The position numbers and the translations under genes were made by a program. Below are positions 53,302 through 62,278 of a stretch of DNA of 64,000 bases, piece after piece (the stretch's first letter is position 1; every line of letters starts with the position of its first letter). The DNA is from an uncultured Acidobacteriota bacterium (GTDB lineage Bacteria; Acidobacteriota; Polarisedimenticolia; J045). The notes under the pieces were generated by a model, which saw only the letters and a program-made list of their open reading frames with translations, was not told where the DNA came from and ran no database searches. Location of the stretch: contig CAVPCQ010000011.1 of the NCBI GenBank assembly GCA_963702425.1, positions 256,001 to 320,000 of the forward strand. The letters run 5' to 3'.

Positions 53302-54392
53302 GCCGGACCGTCTCCACGCCCTACATCGAGTGGGCCAAGCTGTCGTCGTCTGCGCCGGTCAGCCTCGCCGCGAGCGGGGTCCCACACGCGTCCGTGACCG
53401 ACCTGGGGATCACGTTCGAAGACGTCGAGATTGCCGGGCCCAGCGCCTACGGCTATGAACCGCTCGTCGCGGCCATCGCGGCAAAGCACGGCGTGGCGGA
53501 GGACTGCGTCGTCACGGCCGCCGGGACCTCCATGGCCAATCACCTGGCCATGGCGGGCCTCGTCGCGCCCGGCGACCACGTGGTCATCGAGCGGCCGACG
53601 TACGAGCCGATGCTCGGCGTGCTGGAGTACCTCGGTGCGCGCGTCACGCGGGTCGATCGCCAGCCCGCGGGCGGCTTCGCCCTCGATGCCGATCTCGTGG
53701 CGGCCGCCATCACGCCGGCCACGAAGCTCGTCGTGCTGGCGAACCTCCACAACCCGAGCAGCCACCTCACGTCGGTCGAGACGCTGAGCGCGATCGGCGT
53801 CGCCGCCGAGCGCGTCGGGGCGCGGGTCCTGGTCGACGAGGTGTACCTCGACGCGGTGTTCGATGCCCCGCAGCGATCCTGCGTGCACCTCGGACCCATG
53901 TTCGTCTCGACGAACAGCCTGACCAAGCTGTACGGCGTGTCCGGGCTGCGTTGTGGCTGGATCCTGGCCGAGCCCGCTCTCGCGAGACGGCTCTGGAGGC
54001 TCAACGACCTGTTCAGCAGCGTGCCCGCATTCGTCGCCGAGCGGCTGGCGCTCCGTGTCTTCGAGCGTTTGCCACTCGTGCTGCAACGCTCGCGGGCGTT
54101 GCTCGAGACGAACCGGCAACTCGTCCGCGAGTTCTTCTCGTCACGCGGCGATGTGCGCCTCACGGTGCCGCCCTACGGCACGACGGTGTGCTTCAGGCCG
54201 CCAGACGGTCGAGCCGAAGCGTTGTGGCGCCACCTGCGCACGCGGTACGACACGTCGCTCGTGCCAGGCAGGTTCTTCGAGGCGCCGGACCACCTGCGGC
54301 TCGGGTTGTGCGCGGATCCGGCCACGACCGCCGACGGACTGTCACGTCTCGCGCGCGCCCTGGACGACATGGTGCGTGGCGAGGTGTCGTAG
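53298..54392 (+). CDS. PLP-dependent aminotransferase class I/II
   Basis: NLHNPS, DEVY and SLTKLYGVSGLRCGW motifs. ATGA overlap with the permease. Confidence 0.9.
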   Translation: MSRTVSTPYIEWAKLSSSAPVSLAASGVPHASVTDLGITFEDVEIAGPSAYGYEPLVAAIAAKHGVAEDCVVTAAGTSMANHLAMAGLVAPGDHVVIERPTYEPMLGVLEYLGARVTRVDRQPAGGFALDADLVAAAITPATKLVVLANLHNPSSHLTSVETLSAIGVAAERVGARVLVDEVYLDAVFDAPQRSCVHLGPMFVSTNSLTKLYGVSGLRCGWILAEPALARRLWRLNDLFSSVPAFVAERLALRVFERLPLVLQRSRALLETNRQLVREFFSSRGDVRLTVPPYGTTVCFRPPDGRAEALWRHLRTRYDTSLVPGRFFEAPDHLRLGLCADPATTADGLSRLARALDDMVRGEVS

Positions 54393-54547
54393 CGTCGCTG
54401 GGGGCGCATCCCGAAGGACGCGCCCGACGAGGATCGCAAACAACCAGCGCTGCAAGGACCACGAAGACGCGCCGTGCGGGCGGGCCTCTGATGAGAGCAC
54501 GCGGGAGGTGGCGCGCGGGCTTCAGATCCTGCGCGTCTCGACCCGCC

Positions 54548-55720
54548 TCACAAGGCCGCGGTTTCGTGCAGCAGCCGGCCCGACGCGAACCGGTCGATCG
54601 ACAAATCCGACCACTCGATCGCATCGCATCGCCCGTGCATGAGAAGGTCGGCGACGATGCGGCCGGTCGCGGGCGCGTGCATGACGCCGTGACCGCTGAA
54701 GCCGTTGGCGAGCCAGAGCCCCTCAACTCCCGGCGCAGGCCCGACGATGCCGTGCTTGTCAGGCGACATCTCGTAGAGGCCTGCCCACCCCTTCGCCGGG
54801 TTCACGGCGAGATCCGCGAAGGCCGGCACGCGGGCCGCGGCCTTCAGCAGGACCTTCTCGACGAAGCCGCGATCGAAGACCGGCTCGCACGATCGGGGCT
54901 CATCGGGGTCGTGCCACGCGAGCAGGTAGCCGCGCCCTTCGGGGCGGAAGTGGAAGCCCGTGCCCATGTCGATGACCATCGGCAGGCGTTCCGGCAACCC
55001 GGGAAGCGGCTCCGTCGGCAGCAGCATGCGGCGGTGCGGCGACCACGGGGAGATCGATGCCGGCGGTGCTCGCGAGGGGGGAGGCCCACGCGCCAGCGGC
55101 CAGCACCACGTGACGCGCGCCGATCCGGCCCGTGGACGTCTCCACGGCCGTGACACGCCGGTTCGTCGTCTCGATGGCCAGCGTGGTCGTCCGCTTGCGA
55201 AGACACACGCCGAGGGCGAGCGCGGCCTGCGTGAACCCGTTCATCACGCTGTACGGGTCGACGAAGCCGTCGGTGGGGCAGTAACTCCCCCCGTCACATC
55301 GTCCACGCGGAGCTGCGGCAGCATCGCGTGGACCTCAGTGGTCGACAGCAGACGGGCACCTTGCAGCCCGAGCGCCAGCTGTCGTGCGTGATTCGCCCCC
55401 AGGTACTCGAGGTGCGCCGCACTCGTCGCGACGAACAAATAGCCGTGCGGACGGTAGCCGGACGGGTGTCCGGTTTCCTGTTCGAACCTGGCGTAGAACG
55501 GGATGGAGTAGAGGGACAGCCGGATGTTGACGTCGGTCGCGAACTGCGCGCGCACGCCGCCCATGCTCTTGCCCGTCGAGCCGCGCCCCTGGTGTGACTC
55601 GCGCTCGAGCAGGAGCACGTCGCGACATCCGGCACGAGCCAGGTGCCAGGCGACACTGGCGCCGACGATGCCGGCGCCGATGATGACAACGTCCGCGGCG
55701 TCCGTGCTGGCGGTGCTCAA
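54548..55720 (-). CDS. FAD-dependent oxidoreductase, sarcosine oxidase beta/DAO family (frameshifted)
   Basis: [28 protein letters not shown] and GFSGHG motifs. Confidence 0.9.
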
Positions 55721-56341
55721 GGCGTGGGCGGGGCCGGAGGGTAGTTCGCCAGCAGGGCCACGACGTACCCGTCGATTTGTTCGGCCGTCGCGGTCTGACT
55801 CCCGAGCATCTGCGTGCCCATGGCGCGCCACACCATTCGCCGCGAGATGGCGTCGAGCAACTCGATGGCCAGTGCCCCGACGCGTTCCCTCTCGATGGTC
55901 GTCACGAGGCCCTGTTTCGACGGGTCCCGCGTTGCCGACGTTCGTTCGGCGGTCTGTGGCTTCAGCTTGCCGAGCGGGCGCGCGTAGACGCTGACCAGCA
56001 CGTCCGCGGGTGTGCCGGGGCCAGCCTTGGTCATGCCCTTCGTGCCGAGCACCCGCTCGACAGCGCTCACCAGCAACCGATGGTTCGTCGGGTTCTTCAG
56101 GGCTTCCATGTCCGGCGCCCAGTCGAACGAGTGGTATCGCGGGAACGCGGCGCCCTGGTCGGTACTCGATCTCGATCGCCGGGGTGGGCGGCAGGTCGCT
56201 CTGGCGTTGCTCGGATTGCGCCGACGCACGGCCGGGCACGATCGCCACCGCACACACCAGCGCGACGCCGACCCACAGGGCGAGCCCTTCACGGCGTGCG
56301 GCCTTCGAGGGCCGACCGCCCTGCCCCGACATCAGTCGCAT
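55717..56341 (-). CDS. DUF4136-like exported protein (frameshifted)
   Basis: [20 protein letters not shown] and GALAIELLD...MVWRA motifs. Confidence 0.65.
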
Positions 56342-56515
56342 TGCGCCTCCCGCGGCATGATGGGGAAGGGTAGCGCAGTTCTTCGCGGCCGGGAACCGCG
56401 CACTGGAGTGCGCCGCCCGGACGCGGAGGTTTCGCGTATCCTGTTTCACCGGTCCCGCCGAACCGCGGTGCGTGCCGGCCCGGCGGCGGGACCAATCCGG
56501 CGAGAGGAACAACCC

Positions 56516-57499
56516 ATGCGCGTCCTGGTCATCGATATTGGCGGCAACAACGTGAAGGCCTCGGTGCCTGGGCGGCACGACGTCGTGAAGGTGCCCTCCG
56601 GCAGCGGAATGACGGCGCGCCAGATGGTGACTGGTATCCGTCGCGCCACCTCCCGTTGGAACTTCGACGTGGTGTCCATCGGCTACCCGGGCCCCGTCGT
56701 CAACGGCGTGCCGGCCGAGGAGCCGGTGAACCTCGGACGTGGGTGGGTGGGATTCGATTTCGAGGGCGCCTTCGGGCGTCCGGTGCGGTTCATCAACGAC
56801 GCGGCCATGCAGGCGCTTGGCAGCTACGAAGGCGGCCGCATGCTGTTCCTGGGCCTCGGGACCGGTCTCGGCACCGCTCTCGTCGTCGACGGGATGGTGT
56901 TGCCGATGGAGTTGGCGCACCTGCCGTACCGGAAGGGGCGCAGCTTCGAGGAGTGCGTAGGGAAGGCGGGGTTCGACGAGTTCGGGCGGAAGCGATGGCG
57001 CGAGTTCGTCGTCGAGATCACGGACCTGCTGAAGCACGCGCTGCAGGCCGACTATGTCGTGCTCGGTGGGGGGAACGTGAAGGAGCTGCGTGCGTTGCCG
57101 CCGGGAACGCGTCCGGGGGCGAACTCGAACGCCATGCTGGGCGGCACGCGGTTGTGGGAAGCGCCCGCATGGGCGAAGCAGGCCGTGCACTCGACCGCGG
57201 GGACGCCACGTGCGACACGCAAGACGGCCGGCCGGGCGGGGCCGACGCGTTCGGCACGGCCGCGGACGGCTGCCGCGACAGGGCCGGCGCCGCGGTCGAC
57301 GTCGCGGTCCACCACCGCGGCGTCCACGGCGGCGAAGCCCACGTCACGGCCCGCGAAGGCGACGTCCGCGGCAGCGACGCCTTCGCGAGCCAAGACCGCG
57401 CCCTCACGCGGCAATCGCCCAAGCACCCAGCGCCAGACGACGTCCCGGACGCCTGCCGTGCCGACGTCCCGTCACAGGCGAGGCCGCGGGCGATCGTGA
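56516..57499 (+). CDS. ppgK: ROK-family polyphosphate glucokinase-like protein with a long basic C-terminal tail
   Basis: [37 protein letters not shown] and LGGGN motifs. Core ends GGTRLWE. Confidence 0.82.
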   Translation: MRVLVIDIGGNNVKASVPGRHDVVKVPSGSGMTARQMVTGIRRATSRWNFDVVSIGYPGPVVNGVPAEEPVNLGRGWVGFDFEGAFGRPVRFINDAAMQALGSYEGGRMLFLGLGTGLGTALVVDGMVLPMELAHLPYRKGRSFEECVGKAGFDEFGRKRWREFVVEITDLLKHALQADYVVLGGGNVKELRALPPGTRPGANSNAMLGGTRLWEAPAWAKQAVHSTAGTPRATRKTAGRAGPTRSARPRTAAATGPAPRSTSRSTTAASTAAKPTSRPAKATSAAATPSRAKTAPSRGNRPSTQRQTTSRTPAVPTSRHRRGRGRS

Positions 57500-57539
57500 T
57501 CACCGATAGCCGACAACCGATCGCCGATCGCCGATCGCC
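57498..57539. repeat. Intergenic heptamer tandem array (GATCGCC-like x6)
   Basis: gatcacc gatagcc gacaacc gatcgcc gatcgcc gatcgcc. Confidence 0.75.
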
Positions 57540-57546
57540 TCGCACC

Positions 57547-58257
57547 TCAGTCCACGCCGCCGTGCGGCAGCACGTGCAGCGGGTCGCCGGCGGCCACCAC
57601 GCGTCCCGCCGCCATCGTGACCGCGCGATCCGCGAGCGTCATCGCCTCGCCGACGTCATGCGTGACGTACACCGTCGGGATTCTCACCTCGTCGACCAGG
57701 CGGCGGACGTCCTGTGCCAGGCGCGCCCGGAGCGGGACGTCGAGCGCGGTCAGCGGTTCGTCCAGCAGCAGCGCGCGAGGCTCGTGCGCGAAGGCGCGCG
57801 CGAGGGCCACCCGCTGAGCCTCGCCGCCGGAGAAGGTGGCGGGCCGCCGCTGCGACAGGTGCGCGGCGTCCACGCGCGCCAGCATCGCCTCGGCGCGCTC
57901 CGTGCGTTCACGCGCCGGATACGTCCGGGGCACGCCGTAGGTCACGTTCTCGAGCGCCGACATGTGGGGGAACAGCGCCAGCGACTGGAACACCAGCGAG
58001 ACGCGACGCCGATGGGACGCGACGTCCACGCGTGCCTCGTCGTCGAACCACACCTCGTCGCCAAGCGCGATGCGGCCGGCGTCAGGCGTGAGAACGCCCG
58101 CGATAGCTGCCAGCGTCGTGCTCTTGCCGCACCCGCTGGGTCCGACAAGCACCGTGATGCCGGGCGGCACGTCGAAGGCGACGTCGAGCACGAACGCCCC
58201 GTGATGCCGGCGCGAGACGCGCACGCGAGTCGCCAGCAGCGGGTCAGCGGTGCTCAT
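57547..58257 (-). CDS. modC: Molybdate ABC transporter ATP-binding subunit
   Basis: GPSGCGKST, FSGGE, LLLDEP and VTHD motifs. Short, with no TOBE domain. Confidence 0.88.
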   Translation of the reverse strand: MSTADPLLATRVRVSRRHHGAFVLDVAFDVPPGITVLVGPSGCGKSTTLAAIAGVLTPDAGRIALGDEVWFDDEARVDVASHRRRVSLVFQSLALFPHMSALENVTYGVPRTYPARERTERAEAMLARVDAAHLSQRRPATFSGGEAQRVALARAFAHEPRALLLDEPLTALDVPLRARLAQDVRRLVDEVRIPTVYVTHDVGEAMTLADRAVTMAAGRVVAAGDPLHVLPHGGVD

Positions 58258-58909
58258 GGACGCGCGGCGTGAGCTTGTTGGCCAGGTAGAGGATCGCAAC
58301 GGCGACAGCCGTGAGCACGGCAGCCATGCCGGCCGCCTGCGTGTCGCGTTGCGCCTGGATCGCGTCGTAGATGGACAAGGCCGCCGTTTGCGTGTGGCCC
58401 GGAATGTCGCCCGCGACCATCAACGTCACGCCGAAGTCGCCGAGCGCGCGCGCGAACCCGAGCATGGCGCCGGCGGCGATGCCCGGGCCCGCCAGCGGCA
58501 GATGCACCGTCCACAGGGCGCGCAACGGATCGGCGCCCAAGGTCCGCGCGGCCTGCACCAGGCGCGGGTCCACCGACTCCAATGCCGCACGCGCGGACCG
58601 CACCACGAATGGCAGCGCACCGACGGTCGCTGCCACGGTCGCGCCAATCTGCGTGAAGACGATGGGGGACCCCGTCAGCGCCTCGAAGGCCCGCCCCGCC
58701 GGGCTGCTGCGACCGAGGAGGACCAGCAGGTAGTAGCCGAGGACGGTCGGCGGCAGTACCAGCGGCGCCGTCGTCAGGACGTCGACAAGATCGCGGCCGG
58801 GGAAGGCACGCATGGTCAAGGCCGCCGCCAGCGCGATGCCGAGCGCGGTCGCGATGATCGTCGCGACGCCGGCAATCTTCAACGACAGCAGAAGCGGAAA
58901 CCAGTCCAT
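58244..58909 (-). CDS. modB: Molybdate ABC transporter permease
   Basis: PLVLPPTVLGYYLL and FARALGDFG motifs. Confidence 0.93.
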   Translation of the reverse strand: MDWFPLLLSLKIAGVATIIATALGIALAAALTMRAFPGRDLVDVLTTAPLVLPPTVLGYYLLVLLGRSSPAGRAFEALTGSPIVFTQIGATVAATVGALPFVVRSARAALESVDPRLVQAARTLGADPLRALWTVHLPLAGPGIAAGAMLGFARALGDFGVTLMVAGDIPGHTQTAALSIYDAIQAQRDTQAAGMAAVLTAVAVAILYLANKLTPRVHEHR

Positions 58910-58957
58910 CAGCCTTCGGCGGTCAGCCTATAGCCTATAGCCTATGGCCTGTCGCAC
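58909..58957. repeat. Intergenic heptamer tandem array (ATAGCCT-like)
   Basis: tcagcct tcggcgg tcagcct atagcct atagcct atggcct gtcgcac. Confidence 0.7.
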
Positions 58958-59051
58958 GGCAGAGCGGGGCCAGGTCGTACACGCGGCCTGGACCGTGGGC
59001 GCCGCCTTTCGTGCCGTCGCCCATCGGTCACAGGCCACAGCCGTGTTCCCC

Positions 59052-59927
59052 TCACTGTCCCGGCGGCGCGAACCCGTTCCGCGCGAGGATGGCCTGCCCC
59101 GGTGGCGACACGACGAAGCGCACGAACGCGGCGCCGGCGGCTGGTGAGGGACCGTTGACGCACGCGGTGATGGTCTGGCGCAGCGGCGCGTGCAGGGTCT
59201 CATCGACCGCGAGCCACGCCCCGGGCGTCGTCGCGGCCAGCGCCCGGGCGACGATGGCGACCTCGGCGTTGCCCGTGGCCGCGAACTGCAGCACCTGCTG
59301 GACGTTCTCGGCGTACACGAGGCGGGGCTCCACCGTCTGCCAGATGCCCGCCGCCACCATCGCCTCGCGGGCGGCGCGTCCGTACGGGGCGTGCTCCGGG
59401 TTGGCGAGGGCGACGTGACGGAAGCGCGGGTCGGCGAGGTCGGCCAAGGTGCGCGGGGGAGCCGCCGGCAGATCCGCGCGCCACCAGAGTGCGAGCTGTC
59501 CGCGGGCGTAGGGCTCGCGGGTGTCGGCGCGGCATGCGCCGGCTGCGATGGCCCGGTCCGCGAACGCGACGTCGGCCGCGGCGAAGGCGTCGAAAGGCGC
59601 GCCTTCTGCCAACTGGCGCGCGAGAACGCCGCTCGAGGCATACGACACGTCGACGCGTTGTCCCGTCTCGGCCGCGAACGCGGTCGCCACCTCGGGAAAC
59701 GCCCGTGCGAGGTCCGCGGCCGCGGCCACGCGCACCGGCGGCGGCGTGTCTGGCGCGCGGCAGCCGGTTCCCGCCAGGGCCGTGCCCCCGACCGCACAGG
59801 CCAGCATCGCGCGCACGAAGCGCCCCGCGCGTGGCGCCACTGTCGCGACGCGAGCGGATTCAGGCGAACGGCTCATGGCACGACGATCGCCGGACGGCTG
59901 GCCACCCACGGCTCGCTGCGTCGCCAT
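59052..59927 (-). CDS. modA: Molybdate ABC transporter substrate-binding lipoprotein
   Basis: VAAAADL, ASSG.LARQ, GAPFD, ANPEHAPYG and lipobox AGTGC. Start uncertain. Confidence 0.92.
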   Translation of the reverse strand: MATQRAVGGQPSGDRRAMSRSPESARVATVAPRAGRFVRAMLACAVGGTALAGTGCRAPDTPPPVRVAAAADLARAFPEVATAFAAETGQRVDVSYASSGVLARQLAEGAPFDAFAAADVAFADRAIAAGACRADTREPYARGQLALWWRADLPAAPPRTLADLADPRFRHVALANPEHAPYGRAAREAMVAAGIWQTVEPRLVYAENVQQVLQFAATGNAEVAIVARALAATTPGAWLAVDETLHAPLRQTITACVNGPSPAAGAAFVRFVVSPPGQAILARNGFAPPGQ

Positions 59928-59933
59928 TCGTGG

Positions 59934-60146
59934 TCAGTGATCCACGCCGACGAGCACGTCGCTCGCCTTGATGACGGCATAGGCCGGCGCGCCCACCCTG
60001 AGCTTCAGGCGCTGCACCGAGGCGTTGGTGATGACGGAGGCGACCTCGAAACCTGGTGCGACCTCGATGACGACCTCGGCGTTGACGGCGCCGGGCACGA
60101 TGCTCTTCACCGTGCCCTTGAGGACGTTGCGTGCGGACAGTTGCAT
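59934..60146 (-). CDS. Molybdate-binding molbindin (Mop/TOBE)
   Basis: 70 aa, MQLSARNVLKG...SVIT..S...L.L...A.IKASDV. Confidence 0.93.
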   Translation of the reverse strand: MQLSARNVLKGTVKSIVPGAVNAEVVIEVAPGFEVASVITNASVQRLKLRVGAPAYAVIKASDVLVGVDH

Positions 60147-60151
60147 GGAGA

Positions 60152-60190
60152 CCCCTCTGGCCGCAGCCTATCGCCTGCGAGCCAGAGGGG
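60152..60190 (-). promoter_or_regulatory. Hairpin sequestering the SD of the molbindin gene
   Basis: Minus strand CCCCTCTGGC...GCCAGAGGGG-tctcc-ATG. Confidence 0.45.
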
Positions 60191-60234
60191 CGAGCCAGTC
60201 GCGCGCGGGCCCCAGAAGCTAGCGCGTTCGGATT

Positions 60235-60398
60235 CTATTGCCCGGCGGCACGCGCGCCGAGGAACAGCGGGCGCAGCGCCACGTAGAACCGGAGTCCGCC
60301 GTTGCTGCCCGTGCTCAGCCCGCCGAAGAGGGGCCCGAGCAGGGTCTCGGCGATGATGCCGCCCGTGCCGCTGAACTCGAACTTGGCCTTGCCGAGTT
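60235..60398 (-). CDS. C-terminal fragment of a probable outer-membrane beta-barrel (patatin/BamA-like) protein
   Basis: GKAKFEFSGTGGIIAETLLGPLFGGLSTGSNGGLRFYVALRPLF then stop. Cut at the junction. Confidence 0.5.
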
Positions 60399-60405
60399 CG
60401 TCGAT
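60395..60405. other. Probable contig/fragment junction B|C
   Basis: Two truncated genes on opposite strands abut, with a visible drop in GC and GC3 downstream. Confidence 0.65.
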
Positions 60406-60920
60406 GCACTTCTGGCGGTGATGCTCCTGGTGGCGTGCGCGTCATCGCCCCGACCATCATTACCCGCTGTAGTACCGCCGACGCTTGAAAGTGTGTCTGC
60501 TCTCCCAACGCCGCTCGAAGTCCAGCCACCTTGCCCAGATCAGTCCCTCCGCATCCTGGATCGAAGTTGATCTGGCAAAGCAAATCGTGGCTTTGCATCA
60601 CGGTGGCCGGGTCAGAACGGAGTATATGGCCTCCACAGGTGTGACGAGCGATCCGAAGTACGCGACGCCGCCCGGTCTTTACCACGTCCAAAGCAAGGAA
60701 AAAGGGGTCTGTCGAGAGCGTCGCCGGCGTGTTATTATCCGACGTCATCATGTTCGACATCCAGAACGGGAACGGCATTCATTCCAGGCCAATGGACGCC
60801 AGGGGCAAGATACTCGACGCTACGCTAGGGCAGCCGGCGACGGCCGGCTGCGTGAGGGTGGGCGAGTCGGCGAGTGTATTTGAGTTTGCGCAGATCCGTA
60901 TGTGGGTGTGGATACACTGA
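60399..60920 (+). CDS. L,D-transpeptidase (YkuD) lipoprotein, 5'-truncated and frameshifted
   Basis: LLVAC lipobox, WIEVDLAKQ, STG, TPPG and GIH...TAGCVRV motifs. Confidence 0.75.
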
Positions 60921-60926
60921 CCACGC

Positions 60927-62157
60927 TCACTCCCCTGCCCTGCGCGCTGCGATACGCGGGCCGTTTCGATCCGTCCGGCCGCAGCAGCCCATAAGCCGAT
61001 TCCGGTCGTTCCGCGCCAAACAGCGGCGCGATGTTGAGGTTCCAGATAATCAGCGGCCCCACCCAGGGGCGCTCGCGCCGCAGTTGAAGTGCGCGCAGCA
61101 GGTACGCCGCTTGATCGGCCTCGGTGACATCGCGCGCATACTCCCAACCGGCGGTATCCACTTCACCGAAGTTCTCAATCGACGGCCAGCCGAATTCCGT
61201 CACCCACAACGGCTTATCGATGTTGGCGTCACGCAGGATGGTTTGGTAATCCTCCAGGGTATCAAGGAAAAAGAAACTGGGGTGGCTGTTATAACCCGAT
61301 CGGAGGTGCACGGCGTCGGCAGCCCGTTCGTCGGGCGGATTAGCCGCGCCATAGGGATGCACGCCGATCGCATCGACGGCCTCGCCCACGCCCGCCGCGA
61401 TCATCTCGCGCAGGAATACCCGATCGTCAATCGCGTTAATCTTATCGTCGATGCCGGTCACGGCGGGCGCGCCGCTGATGACGATCGCGCCGGGATCACC
61501 TTCACGCACACCGGCGGCTCCGGCTTTGATCAGTTCCACGAACTTCGCCGCGCTCAGATCGAAACCGCGCCATTCGCGCTGCAGGTTCGGCTCGTTCCAC
61601 AATTCGTAGGCCGCAACGCGGCCTTGATAGCGCGCTGAGAGCGCATGCATGAAATCGCGGAAGATCGCGAAGTCGCTCGGCGGGCCATCTTCTTCCACCG
61701 GCTCCGGGCGGCTGAAGCCCGGCGCGCGCGCCACGCTGAACAGGATCTTCAGGCCATGCTTCTGCGCTTCAGCCACCAGGTGATCCAGCTCGCCCCAGCG
61801 ATACAGGCCGCGCGCATATTCGATCGAATTCCAATCGATCTGCTGCTTGATCCAGCCCACGCCCAGATTCGCCGCTGACTGAATGCCGCTATCGCCCTCG
61901 GGCCCGATGAACTCGCCCTGCACGCCGATGTCGGGCTTGGGCACGGGCGTCGCGGCTGGCGCGGGTGTGGCCGAGTGAACCGGCGTGGGAGTCGCGGAGG
62001 CCAGCGGCGGGAGCGCTGTGGGCAACAGCGCGGCTGGCGTGGCAGTTGACTGTGGTGCAGCCGATTGCCCGCGCAGCGCGGCCAGCGAAATAATCAGCAG
62101 CAGCCCGCTGAGGGCGGCCAACCCGGCAACAAGTATGATAATCAGTCGTCGTGACAT
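60927..62157 (-). CDS. Membrane-anchored glycoside hydrolase (GH5/GH39-like, clan A)
   Basis: N-terminal TM with Pro/Thr linker, ELWNEPN acid/base, GVHPY, LWVTEFGW nucleophile and RPAY end. Confidence 0.85.
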
Positions 62158-62278
62158 GCGCGCGATTGTAGCACAGTGGAGGCTTGCCCGTACCCGCTGC
62201 AACGCAGCGGCGGGCCGCCGGGCGCAGCCGGATTCTGCAAATATCACCGGCTAAAGCCTCGAATCCGGGTAACGGACG

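Noticed and set aside
55244-57190. 648-aa ORF joining DUF4136 and the FAD oxidoreductase
   Set aside because: Composite of antisense ppgK sequence and frameshifted neighbours. The two real genes overlap by 4 nt at 55717-55720.
45464-58957. Short tandem arrays as CRISPR
   Set aside because: Units are 7 bp with no spacers, and no cas genes are present.
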